DNA of 59,382 bases from NCBI GenBank assembly GCA_964416775.1, contig CAYQFU010000001.1:22882-82263 (forward strand). Direction: 5' to 3'. A program made the translations under genes and the position numbers. Source of the DNA: an uncultured Ktedonobacterales bacterium. GTDB lineage: Bacteria; Chloroflexota; Ktedonobacteria; Ktedonobacterales; JADMIN01. The notes under the pieces are model-generated. The model worked only from the letters and a program-made list of their open reading frames with translations. It searched no databases and was not told the origin of the DNA. Shown here in pieces: positions 19,060-28,291 of the stretch (positions are counted from its first letter, which is position 1; each line of letters begins with the position of its first letter).

Positions 19060-19081
19060 GAGCCCGCCGGAAGGCGGGCTC
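19060..19081 (-). terminator. GC-rich stem-loop downstream of the acidic-protein gene
   Basis: GAGCCCGCC-ggaa-GGCGGGCTC, a perfect 9-bp stem, lies 37 nt after the stop at 19118. On the minus strand it is followed by ttcgcttgtcgtgtgt. Confidence 0.5.
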
Positions 19082-19117
19082 TCAGGTGCGACGGGGAATG
19101 GCTGGGTGTGCGCGGCC

Positions 19118-19705
19118 TCAGTTGGAAAGCGCCAGCGCCGCCCAGTGCAGCGCGGCCGAGCCGGCATCGTCGGCGGCCGCATCCACGACGACGCGCGCGC
19201 TGACCAGCAGATCGTGCTCTGGCTCGTCGCACAGGCGCGCTGGACGCTCATCGTCGTCGTCATCGTCGTCATCTTCGTCCTCGTCGGAGATGTACCATTC
19301 GCCGCGGCGCTCGAGGTCAGCACCGGCGGCGGAGAACGCCTGCAGCAGCTCGGCCGTCGCATCCAGTGCGTCGGCGATGCCGAGACGACCCGAGCGATAG
19401 CGGAGTGCGACATCTTCTACGCGCACGGCTCCCGGCTCCGCGTGCGCCCTCTGCTGCAGCCGAGGCAGCACGCGCGCGAGCCACTGACCATCGCCGACGG
19501 TCAGTCGCGGCAGGAAGATAGAGTCTCGCACTCGCCGCTCAGCGTCGACGCCAGCGAGCCAGTTCAGTTGCGACTGATTGTGACCGTTGTGCCCTGTGTG
19601 ACTGAATCGTGGCATATCCGTTCCCGCGGCTCTTGGCCGCGGTCGCCGAGACAGCAAAGCCGCGATCATTCCTTCGATCTCAGCGCGTGCCCCGTACGAC
19701 TCCAC
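19118..19705 (-). CDS. hypothetical protein with poly-acidic tract
   Basis: 195-aa ORF with an alternative ATG at 19615. High GC3. 'GEWYISDEDEDDDDDDDDERPARLCDEPEHD'. No recognisable domain. Confidence 0.5.
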   Translation of the reverse strand: MESYGARAEIEGMIAALLSRRPRPRAAGTDMPRFSHTGHNGHNQSQLNWLAGVDAERRVRDSIFLPRLTVGDGQWLARVLPRLQQRAHAEPGAVRVEDVALRYRSGRLGIADALDATAELLQAFSAAGADLERRGEWYISDEDEDDDDDDDDERPARLCDEPEHDLLVSARVVVDAAADDAGSAALHWAALALSN

Positions 19706-19954
19706 GCCGGCGAGCGTCTCAGCCCATCTGAGCGCTCAACCCGGCAGGCCGCCAACCCAAGACGAGACTGTTTAGCAAGTGCCGTTCCAATTTTGGGGGC
19801 GACCGCACAATCGCGGCGAGATTTGTCTGATTCCCGTCGCTTCGCCCCAATGCTACCACATGCGCGCCGTCCAGACCAGCGCTTCTTGGTCGCCTGCCAG
19901 CGCCACACGATGCCCTCCGGGCCGCATCCACAACGGCCCCCCGCGGCGCGATTT

Positions 19955-19982
19955 TTGAGCAGGCACGTCTCACATCTATACT
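19955..19982 (+). promoter_or_regulatory. sigma70-like promoter candidate upstream of comB-like gene
   Basis: TTGAGC (19955-19960), a 16-nt spacer, then TATACT (19977-19982), in an unusually AT-rich patch. Confidence 0.45.
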
Positions 19983-20078
19983 GCCGACCAGAATGTATAC
20001 GTGGGCTTGGGCCATTGGGTTAGAATTGTTTCCGTGTGTCACAATAGCATGGTGGGAATTTTGATGTGTGAACTCGAT

Positions 20079-20110
20079 TTGCGAGGCAAGTTGCGAGGCA
20101 AGTTGCGGCG
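20079..20110 (+). repeat. 12-nt tandem repeat abutting the comB-like start codon
   Basis: TTGCGAGGCAAG TTGCGAGGCAAG TTGCGGCG, followed immediately by ATG at 20111. Confidence 0.8.
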
Positions 20111-21064
20111 ATGACGTCTTCCTCGTTCACCGATACCGTCCAGCCCTCGCTCGCGCTTGACGTTGCCCTGGCTCCTGTCCTGATCTCGGAAGAAACGGCG
20201 CCGCGAGAGCGCACGGTGTACATCGTCGTGGATGTGATCCGGGCCACCACCACGCTCTGCGTGCAGCTGGCCCAAGGATGCCGGCGTGTGTATGTTGCTG
20301 GGAGCATCGAGGCGGCGCGCGTGGCAGCACGCACGCTGGCGGAGGAGCGCGGCAAGCGAGCTGGCCAGCTATTGCTGGCAGGTGAAGTGGGCGGCGTGGC
20401 GCCCTCTGGCTTCGATCACGGCAATTCGCCCGCGGAGTTCGCGGCGTTGGATCTGAGCGATCACGAGATTGTCTTCGCCACTACCAACGGCACGCGGGCG
20501 CTGCGTGCCAGCGCGGGCGGGGCAGCGGTGCTCGCCGGGTCGTTACGCAATGCTGGCGCGGTCGTCCACGCCGCGCTCACTCTTGCGACGCGTCTCGCGC
20601 GCACGGCGACCACCACGCAGAATGAGGGCGCGCAACCGGGCATCCAGCGATCGAGTCAGGCCTCGGAGGCGTTGGTGGACGAAGACCGAGGCGCTGACGC
20701 GGCGATCGTGATGGTGTGCTCTGGGCGAGGTGAGCGCCCCGCCTATGACGACACGATCTGTGCGGGCTATCTCGTCCGCCAGATGCGGCGCCAGCTCGAG
20801 CGGGCTGGTGCACCGTTCGTACTGGGCAATGGTGCCCGCATCGCCGCCGCGACCGCATTCGCCGCCGAGCGTCAGGGATTGCGTACCGCGCTCGCCGAGT
20901 CTGGCGCGGCCCGCGCCATCGAAGCCGTGGGATTGGGGAGCGATCTGGATTGGTGCGTGGACGTCGACGCTTGCGCCAATGTGCCAGTCGTCACTGGGTA
21001 TGATTCACGGCTAGACTTGCTCGTCGTCGAGCCACTGGCATTGGAAACGCTACAACGCACGTGA
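20111..21064 (+). CDS. comB: 2-phosphosulfolactate phosphatase family protein (ComB-like)
   Basis: 317 aa. 'VVDVIRATTT', 'ATTNGTRAL', 'DDTICAGYL' patterns of the ComB family. Confidence 0.8.
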   Translation: MTSSSFTDTVQPSLALDVALAPVLISEETAPRERTVYIVVDVIRATTTLCVQLAQGCRRVYVAGSIEAARVAARTLAEERGKRAGQLLLAGEVGGVAPSGFDHGNSPAEFAALDLSDHEIVFATTNGTRALRASAGGAAVLAGSLRNAGAVVHAALTLATRLARTATTTQNEGAQPGIQRSSQASEALVDEDRGADAAIVMVCSGRGERPAYDDTICAGYLVRQMRRQLERAGAPFVLGNGARIAAATAFAAERQGLRTALAESGAARAIEAVGLGSDLDWCVDVDACANVPVVTGYDSRLDLLVVEPLALETLQRT

Positions 21065-21260
21065 CGACGTCGGTCGCCGACGTACGTCTGTTTCGTGTAG
21101 ATCGCAAGGGGCCGGAGAAAGAACGGCGCACCATCTTCACCTTAGAATTCGTCTTGTGAAAAGTGACGGAGACGTTACACACTGTAGTCTGTCTAATCCT
21201 AGCGCTCACGGCACCAGACCAAGCTCATGCTCAAGGTCACGGAGAGAGAGGCAGGAGGCG

Positions 21261-22778
21261 ATGTTCACGAGGGACGAGCTCCTGGCAGCGGCGGATGTCC
21301 GACCGACCGGGGGCACACTGCCCATGCGTTTCTCAGGGGCCGCGGTAGACAGTCGCCTGGTACAACACGGACAGATGTTCGTGGCCCTGCGCGGCGCGCA
21401 TACCGATGGCCACCAATTCATTCCAGCGGCGGTTGAGGCTGGGGCCGCTGCCATTCTGTGCGCTGTTCCCGACCAGACAGCCCTGGCTCATCATATCCCC
21501 CAGCTGGTCGTCGCCGACCCGCTGTCCGCATTGCAGCAGCTCGCCCGCGCACGGTTGGCGCGGCAACCCCAGACACAGGTGATTGGCATCACGGGCAGCG
21601 CCGGCAAGACGAGTACCAAAGATGCGGTCGCGTCGCTGCTTGCGCACCTTGCGCCAACGCTCAAGACACCGGCATCGTTCAACACTGAGACCGGCTTACC
21701 GCTGACGGTTCTGGGATTGGAGCCAGAGCACCGCTATGCCGTGCTGGAAATGGGCGCGCAGTGGGTCGGTGAGATTGCGATGCTCTGCCGCATCGCTCCA
21801 CCGCATATTGGCATCGTCACGCTGGTTGGTCCGGCTCATCTCGAATATTTCGGGAGCATCGAAGCGGTGGAGCGCGCCAAGAGCGAGCTGGTGCGCGCAC
21901 TGCCGGAGGACGGTGTCGCCATCCTCAACGACGACGATCGCCGCGTGCGCCGGATGGCGCGTAAGACGCGCGCACGCGTGGTGACGTTTGGACGGCGCAC
22001 GGGTGCCACTGTGCGTGCGCTGCGCGTCGGTGGCGACCCCCTCCAGGGTCTACGATTTACGCTCGCGCATGGCGACCGGCAGGCGCGGGTGCATCTGAAT
22101 ATGCCCGGGTATCACGCGGTCACTACCGCGCTCGCCGCCGCGGCGGTGGCACTCTCGTGCGGCATGCCCATCGAGGCGGTGGCAGCCGGGCTGGGCGAGC
22201 TGCGGGCAGCCAAGCGCCGAGGCGAGGTGAAAACGGGCTATAACGGCAGCACGTTGATTGACGACAGCTATAACGCCAACCGGCAATCGGTCGAGGCGGC
22301 GCTGCAGACGCTGCATGCGGCGCAGATACCCAAGGGTGCGAAGCGGTGGGCAATCCTGGGCGATATGTTCGAATTGGGGGTGTACGCGGCGGAGGAGCAT
22401 GCGGCCGTCGGTACGAGTGCGGCGACGATGGCCGACGAGTTGGTGGCGGTGGGCGCGGATGCGCCGCACGTGGCACGCGCTGCGCGCGAGGCGGGGATGC
22501 CAGCGGAGTGCGTTCATCTGTTCGCGGCCGACGTGAACGATGCCACGAACCTGGAGCGGGCACGAGATGCGGCGGCGGCGCTCGTGCGCGAGCGCGTGCG
22601 GCCGGGCGATCTGGTGCTGGTGAAAGGATCGCTGGGCATGGGTATGGACACAATCGTGACGCAACTGCTGGCGTCCAGCTCGGCCGAGGCGAGAACGCGA
22701 CAGACATCGCGGGCACGGGCGCCGTCGCCTGCGGTCACGCTGGCGCAACTTGACCTCGTGCGCAACCCTCGGCGATAA
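21261..22778 (+). CDS. murF: UDP-N-acetylmuramoyl-tripeptide--D-alanyl-D-alanine ligase
   Basis: 'VDSRLVQHGQMFVALRG...DGHQFI', 'IGITGSAGKTSTKD', 'DDSYNANRQS', 'LGDMFELG'. The internal ATG at 21261 is preferred over the ORF start at 21156. A ~35-aa non-conserved C-terminal tail is present. Confidence 0.9.
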   Translation: MFTRDELLAAADVRPTGGTLPMRFSGAAVDSRLVQHGQMFVALRGAHTDGHQFIPAAVEAGAAAILCAVPDQTALAHHIPQLVVADPLSALQQLARARLARQPQTQVIGITGSAGKTSTKDAVASLLAHLAPTLKTPASFNTETGLPLTVLGLEPEHRYAVLEMGAQWVGEIAMLCRIAPPHIGIVTLVGPAHLEYFGSIEAVERAKSELVRALPEDGVAILNDDDRRVRRMARKTRARVVTFGRRTGATVRALRVGGDPLQGLRFTLAHGDRQARVHLNMPGYHAVTTALAAAAVALSCGMPIEAVAAGLGELRAAKRRGEVKTGYNGSTLIDDSYNANRQSVEAALQTLHAAQIPKGAKRWAILGDMFELGVYAAEEHAAVGTSAATMADELVAVGADAPHVARAAREAGMPAECVHLFAADVNDATNLERARDAAAALVRERVRPGDLVLVKGSLGMGMDTIVTQLLASSSAEARTRQTSRARAPSPAVTLAQLDLVRNPRR

Positions 22779-22986
22779 GGCTCCCACGCCCGGCTTCTCC
22801 TCACTGGGCTGGAGGGGGAAGCAGAGCGCTTGCCGATGCGCGCGTGCGCCCCCGCGGGCGATCTTGCCGTGTGTGGCATACTATCAGCGGCGCCGCTCGC
22901 GCTGCGAGCCTGGCTGACCGGTGTAGATGTCACAGCATACGCGTGCTCCCGCCGAGGGGGCGAGCAAGGCATGTTCGGGGCAACTG

Positions 22987-23817
22987 ATGGCGGAATCCGA
23001 ATATCCCCGCACGAGATGGCGCCTGATCGTCGATGCACAACCGCGCACGGGCGCGTGGAACATGGCGATCGACGAGGCCATTGTCGAGGCGGTCGCCGAG
23101 GGGCAGGTGCCACCGACGCTGCGCTTCTATCAATGGGAGCCGGCCTGCCTGTCGCTGGGCAAGCGCCAGCCGCTGGATGGGGTGGACCTGGAGCAATGCT
23201 GGCGTGACGGGGTGGATGTGGTGCGGCGGCCAACAGGAGGCTGGTCGATCCTGCACACGGACGAGCTGACCTACAGTGTGGCAGCGCTTGACAGCGATCC
23301 GCGCACTGCCGGGCCGATTCTGGACGCCTATCGCCGGCTAAGCGCCGGGCTGGTGGAGGGGCTGCGCCGGCTAGGCGCACCCGCGCAGATGAATCCGGTC
23401 AATCCGTATGGGGTCCACAACGCGAGCGCGGCATGTTTCGAGGTGCCATCGGCGTATGAGATCGTGGTCGGGGAGCGCAAGCTGATCGGCAGCGCACAGA
23501 CACGGCCGCGGGGTCGAGTGCTGCAACACGGGTCGCTGCCGCTGCGCGGCGATATCGCCCGGGTGGCGGACTATTTGTCGTTCGAGAGCGAAGAGGAGCG
23601 CGCGCGGCTGCGGGCGCACCTGGCCGAGCGGGCCACGACGCTTGGCGCCGCTCTGGGGCGGGCCGTGACGTTCGAGGAGGTGGCGGATGCCTTGCGGGAT
23701 GGATTCGCCGCGGCGCTGAACCTGGAGCTGGAGGTTGGATCGCTGACCGTCGCTGAATTGTCGGCCGCCGAACGGGTGCAGGCAGAGAAGCGCGCGGAGG
23801 TGGGTGTACTGGCGTGA
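22987..23817 (+). CDS. lipoate-protein ligase / octanoyltransferase family protein (BPL/LPL catalytic domain)
   Basis: 'WRLIVDAQPRTGAWNMAIDEAI', 'PTLRFYQWEPACLSLGKRQ', 'RRPTGGWSILH', 'RKLIGSAQTR'. Confidence 0.85.
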   Translation: MAESEYPRTRWRLIVDAQPRTGAWNMAIDEAIVEAVAEGQVPPTLRFYQWEPACLSLGKRQPLDGVDLEQCWRDGVDVVRRPTGGWSILHTDELTYSVAALDSDPRTAGPILDAYRRLSAGLVEGLRRLGAPAQMNPVNPYGVHNASAACFEVPSAYEIVVGERKLIGSAQTRPRGRVLQHGSLPLRGDIARVADYLSFESEEERARLRAHLAERATTLGAALGRAVTFEEVADALRDGFAAALNLELEVGSLTVAELSAAERVQAEKRAEVGVLA

Positions 23818-23905
23818 GGTGAGGTCTGAACGGAGGATTCCGTGTCGCGGTGGCGAGTGCCTGCCGGTTGGCCGGCCGTCAGCGCATGGGGCAGGAAAGA
23901 AGGAT

Positions 23906-25033
23906 ATGGCGAAGAAGCTTCGAGTCGGCATCATTTTCGGTGGACGGTCCGGCGAGCACGAGGTCTCCATCGCCTCGGCGACCTCAGTGATGGAAGCGAT
24001 TGACCGGGAGAAGTACGAGGTCGTGCCCATCGGCATCACCCACGAGGGACGATGGCTGGCGGGCGTCAATCCGCGTGCACTCACTACGGGGGGAACCATG
24101 GACGAGCGCGCGCAGGGCGTGACGGCCGTCACGATGACTGGCGACCCCACGCAGAATGGGTTGGTGCCAGCGCAGTCCGGGAGGCAGAGCGGCGCTGGGG
24201 CGGGCGAGCCGCTCGACGTGGTCATTCCTGTGCTGCATGGGACGTACGGAGAGGACGGCACGCTGCAAGGACTTCTCGAAATGGCTGGGGTGGCGTATGC
24301 AGGGTGTGGCGTGCTCGGCTCGGCGCTGGGCATGGACAAAGAGAAGGCCAAGCTCGTCTTCAAGGCCGAAGGGCTGCCGGTGGTGGATTGGCTCGTGGTG
24401 CGGCGCTACGAGCATGACCGCGTCCCTGAAGCGCTGTACGCTCGCGTCGAGGCGCGTTTCCCCTATCCCGTGTTCGTGAAACCGGCGAATCTGGGGTCGA
24501 GCGTCGGAGTGGGCAAAGCGCATGACCGCGATGAGTTGCGCGGCGCGCTGGCCACGGCGCTGGAGTTCGACCGCAAGGTGATCGTGGAGCCGGGGGTCAA
24601 TGCGCGGGAGCTCGAATGTGGCGTGCTGGGCAACGACGAGCCGCGGGCTTCGATCGTCGGCGAGGTCGTGCCGAGCAATGAGTTCTATGACTATCGCGCG
24701 AAGTATCTCGACAACGCGTCGCGACTGTACATCCCAGCGCAGCTCTCAGACGAGCAGGCGGCAGAGGTGCGGCGACTCGCGATTTTGGCCTTCCGCGCGC
24801 TGGACCTGAGCGGGCTGGCGCGGGTGGACTTTTTCCTGGACCGCGACACCGGGAGTCTGTATGTGAACGAGGTCAACACGATGCCGGGGTTCACGCAGAT
24901 CAGTATGTACCCGAAGCTATGGGAGGCGAGCGGCGTCTCATACCCCCAGCTGCTGGACCGGCTGATCGAGCTGGCCATCGAGCGGCATGCGGACCAGCAG
25001 CGCACGCGCACGAGCTATATGCCGGACGCGTAG
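23906..25033 (+). CDS. ddl: D-alanine--D-alanine ligase
   Basis: 'LRVGIIFGGRSGEHEVS', 'VLHGTYGEDGTLQGLLE', 'FVKPANLGSSVGV', 'YVNEVNTMPGFT'. The ATG at 23906 has an SD. Confidence 0.95.
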   Translation: MAKKLRVGIIFGGRSGEHEVSIASATSVMEAIDREKYEVVPIGITHEGRWLAGVNPRALTTGGTMDERAQGVTAVTMTGDPTQNGLVPAQSGRQSGAGAGEPLDVVIPVLHGTYGEDGTLQGLLEMAGVAYAGCGVLGSALGMDKEKAKLVFKAEGLPVVDWLVVRRYEHDRVPEALYARVEARFPYPVFVKPANLGSSVGVGKAHDRDELRGALATALEFDRKVIVEPGVNARELECGVLGNDEPRASIVGEVVPSNEFYDYRAKYLDNASRLYIPAQLSDEQAAEVRRLAILAFRALDLSGLARVDFFLDRDTGSLYVNEVNTMPGFTQISMYPKLWEASGVSYPQLLDRLIELAIERHADQQRTRTSYMPDA

Positions 25034-25054
25034 CGAAGAGAGCAAGCCGCGACA

Positions 25055-26371
25055 TTATCCCAGCGCGGCGATGAAGTCGCTCAGCCGCGCGATGGCGCGG
25101 TCCAACGTGGGGAGTGGGAGTGGCGCGGGGTGGTCGGTCTCCAGCGCATCCGCGGCATCGAGCAGGCCCCAGAGGGCTGCTTCGCGCTCATCCGGGGACG
25201 TGGGGCCATCTGGCTCGAACAGACGGCTCGTGGCCAGGCGGAGGCGCAGGACGTCGGGCCGCTCGCCAAACTCGCTCGCGGGCAGGGTGGCCACGCCCCA
25301 ATCAGCCAGCAGGTGACGCGCCAGCTCCATGCCGGTGGTGACGCCGCGGCCGGCCAGAGCTTCGCGCCACGGCTCGAAGTCGGGATAGAGATAGAAGCCG
25401 CCAGCCGGACGCGCACAGAGCACGCCTCGCTCCGTCAGGGCGGTGTGCAGACGGGCCGTAATATGCGCGTGCAGATGCGCCGAGCGCCGGACGTAGCGGT
25501 TCACGTCGGCGTCGTCGGTGTAGGCGAGGGTGGCGGCAAGCTGGATGGGTCCAGACGCGCCAGACCAGATCTCACTCGCGAGCGCGCGCACGGCGGAGAG
25601 CACGCGCTGGCCAGCGAGGCCCGCCGGCACGACGGCGTAGCCGAGGCGCCAGCCGCCGGCAGAGAACGCCTTGGAGACGCTGCCCGTGACGATGGTGCCT
25701 TCAGGATAGTACCGGGCGGGCGAGACATGTGCGCGCCAGCCATGAGCCAGCTCCGCGTAGATCTCATCGCTGACGATGGTGATGCCTTCTTCACGCGCCC
25801 AGGCCGCAAAAGCCGCCACATCGTCGTCCGCGAACATGCTCCCGGTGGGATTGCTGGGCGAGTTCACCATGAGCAGACGTGGATTGGCGCCATCGTGGCG
25901 GGCGCGGGCGATCGCGCCGCGTAGCGCCTGGAGCGTGAGGCGGAGGTGGTCGGCCGGGTCGGTCGGCACGGGAATGACGCGCTTGCCGGCCAGGCGGGCC
26001 TGGGGGGCATAGCTGACCCATGACGGAACGGGGATGAGGATGTCGCCCTCGATGACCTGAAACAGGGCGTAGATCATCGGCTTGCTGCCGGGCCCGATGC
26101 CGACCTGCTCGGATGCGACGGCCACGCCGCGCGTTCGGCTGAGGTAGCTGGCGATGGCGGCGCGCAGCTCGGGGACGCCGAGCACCGGCGGATAGCCGGT
26201 GCGAGTGGCACTGGCGGCCAGAGCCGCGCGCAGCGGGGGCAGGAGCGGAAAACTGGCTTCGCCAAAGCCGAGGTGTATAGTTTCCTGGCCGGACGCCAGT
26301 CGGGCGGCAACCAGCTCGTTCATGCGCAGCGTCGCGGACGTTGGCAGCTTGCGCGCGGCCGCGGTCAGCAT
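25055..26371 (-). CDS. class I/II PLP-dependent aminotransferase
   Basis: 'IHLGFGEASFPL', 'NSPSNPTGSMF', 'SVSKAFSAGGWRLGY' (PLP-lysine motif SxSK). Start chosen at the ATG giving 'MLTAAARKLPTSATL'. Confidence 0.85.
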   Translation of the reverse strand: MLTAAARKLPTSATLRMNELVAARLASGQETIHLGFGEASFPLLPPLRAALAASATRTGYPPVLGVPELRAAIASYLSRTRGVAVASEQVGIGPGSKPMIYALFQVIEGDILIPVPSWVSYAPQARLAGKRVIPVPTDPADHLRLTLQALRGAIARARHDGANPRLLMVNSPSNPTGSMFADDDVAAFAAWAREEGITIVSDEIYAELAHGWRAHVSPARYYPEGTIVTGSVSKAFSAGGWRLGYAVVPAGLAGQRVLSAVRALASEIWSGASGPIQLAATLAYTDDADVNRYVRRSAHLHAHITARLHTALTERGVLCARPAGGFYLYPDFEPWREALAGRGVTTGMELARHLLADWGVATLPASEFGERPDVLRLRLATSRLFEPDGPTSPDEREAALWGLLDAADALETDHPAPLPLPTLDRAIARLSDFIAALG

Positions 26372-26691
26372 GAGTGGCTGCGCTTGGCCACGAGCAGCGG
26401 TGCGCAGGCGCGTGGCGTGGGCGCGCCCCACTCTGTGTCGTGCCGAGCCACCATGCGAGCTTGTGTCGCGCACGCCTGTGCCTCACATTCATCTTGCCGC
26501 GCGTGTAGCATCATGTGCGCCCATTGTAGCCGGGGCACACAGATCGCCCAGCGGTACCGGATACAACAGCAAGGAGCGGCTGGAAGAGTGGACATTCCAT
26601 CCGGCCAATCCGTACGTTAGGACCTATGTGAGCCTCAGTATATCGCGCCAGGGAATCGGCGCGCAGCGGGCCAGAGGAGGCATCGTCTCGC

Positions 26692-27933
26692 ATGATGGGC
26701 AAATGGTATCGCACAGCGGCCGCACTCGCCGGTCTGGCGCTCCTGATTGGACTGTTGGCCGGGTGCGGTGACACCGGGAGTGGCACCCTGACAAAGTCAC
26801 TCTGTATTGCCACGGACTTTCCCGCATCGGGGACGGACGCCGCCATTGGCAAGCCAGCGCAGAATGCTGTGGATCTCGCGGTGAGCCAGGCGAAGATACA
26901 CGGTGGATATAGCGTGACGGTCAGCCACTACGACGACGCCGTCAACGGTGTCCAGAGTCCGGTGCAGGGGGCGACCAACGTGACGGACATGGTGAGCGAG
27001 CCGTGCGTCCTCGCGATGGTGGGACCGCTGAGCGACGCCGTGGCCGTCGCCGAGATGCCTCTCGCCGCGAACTCCAGCCTGGCCATGATCAGCCCTGGAG
27101 CTACCAATCCGGCGCTCACCAAGAAGCTAGATGCACCGGTGTATGGGCTCGATTACAATGCGCTGCATCCGGCGGGCCGGCCCACGGTGTTCTTTCGCCT
27201 CCCAGCCACCGACGACACCCAAGGCGCGGCGGATGCGCGGATCGCCATTGCCTCGGGGCTGAAGCGCGCGTACGTGGTGGACGATGGTGAGCAAACCGGT
27301 GCGGGGCTGGCCACCTTCTTTACGCAGGCGTTCACCACATTGGGCGGCACGGTGTCGGGCCATGAGTCTATCCTCAACGCCAACGCCGCGCAACTGGTGA
27401 CCGCGGCTGGACACATCAAAGCGGCGGCGGCCACAGTGGTGTATTACGCCGGTCTGACACCGGCCGCGGCCACGCTACGCGCGGCCATGGGGACGGCGGG
27501 ACTGGCGGGAATTCCGCTGCTTGCCGGGGGCGGGGTTGCGGGCGACGTCACGTACATGCAGACGGCCGGCCCGGATAGCGCGGAGGGCACAATTGCCACG
27601 AGCGCGCTGCCGGAACTGGCTTCCCTTTCGGGAGCCACCGCTCTGCAGTTCGCGCACGATTACCAGGCCAAGTTTGGCACGACGCCCACCGCTCTAAGCG
27701 CCTACGCGTACGACGCTGCCAACATCGAGATCGCGGCAATCAACGCCGTCATTGATGCGGGTCAGGCTCCCATCCGCACCAACGTGCTGACGCGGATCGC
27801 GCAGACGACCTATCCGGGCGTGACGGGATACTGTGCCTTCGACGCCATTGGGGACAACATCGCGGCCGGACAGGTGAGCGAGTACCTGGTGACGAACGGA
27901 GGGTGGACGTACGTGAAGCAGGTGATCCCCTGA
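26692..27933 (+). CDS. LivK-type (branched-chain amino acid / type-1 periplasmic) solute-binding lipoprotein, orphan
   Basis: 413 aa. Lipobox 'LLAGC', SD GAGGAGG. 'CIATDFPASGTDAAIGKPAQNAVDLAV', 'MVGPLSDAVA'. No permease genes adjacent. Confidence 0.8.
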   Translation: MMGKWYRTAAALAGLALLIGLLAGCGDTGSGTLTKSLCIATDFPASGTDAAIGKPAQNAVDLAVSQAKIHGGYSVTVSHYDDAVNGVQSPVQGATNVTDMVSEPCVLAMVGPLSDAVAVAEMPLAANSSLAMISPGATNPALTKKLDAPVYGLDYNALHPAGRPTVFFRLPATDDTQGAADARIAIASGLKRAYVVDDGEQTGAGLATFFTQAFTTLGGTVSGHESILNANAAQLVTAAGHIKAAAATVVYYAGLTPAAATLRAAMGTAGLAGIPLLAGGGVAGDVTYMQTAGPDSAEGTIATSALPELASLSGATALQFAHDYQAKFGTTPTALSAYAYDAANIEIAAINAVIDAGQAPIRTNVLTRIAQTTYPGVTGYCAFDAIGDNIAAGQVSEYLVTNGGWTYVKQVIP

Positions 27934-28116
27934 ACGTCTGTACCTGCTGAGTGTGCTCGACCAGGTAGTGACCCCGAAATACTCGGACATCGCGGGGTCG
28001 TGCTGGTGTGCCACGACGCCACTGACCGTCGTGAGCGTTCCCTATGCCGGTCGGGTCGGGGCGCGCCCACTGGAAGGTGCTGCCGGTGGCAGCGCTGCTA
28101 CCGGCAGGTCGCCCTA

Positions 28117-28162
28117 GTTTTGAAACGAATCCTTGTAGACGTCGACGGTGTGCTGCTACACT
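28117..28162 (+). promoter_or_regulatory. promoter-like module P1 (A/T decamer + -35 + -10)
   Basis: GTTTTGAAAC (28117-28126), N6, TTGTAG (28133-28138), N18, TACACT (28157-28162). Lies 130 nt upstream of lipoprotein A. Confidence 0.5.
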
Positions 28163-28291
28163 CGATCCCGGGGCCAGCCGAGCCAGCGCGTTCTGGCGGA
28201 CACGTGGACCGTAGAGACGCGAGAGACGCGCGACGGCCGTTGCTTCACTTACACGGCATACGACTCGATGGTCTATAAGGGGGTTGTGAGC

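Noticed and set aside
18068-20023. 651-aa plus-strand ORF
   Set aside because: It runs antisense across the M55 peptidase gene, the acidic-protein gene and intergenic DNA. It shows no coherent domain signal and is a high-GC open-frame artefact.
28080-28121. Canonical intrinsic terminator after the orphan LivK-type SBP gene
   Set aside because: The hairpin CTGCCGGT...ACCGGCAG is real, but the only T-run (28118-28121) is 10 nt away and belongs to the P1 decamer. I record it as a possible stem-loop only, not as a confident terminator.
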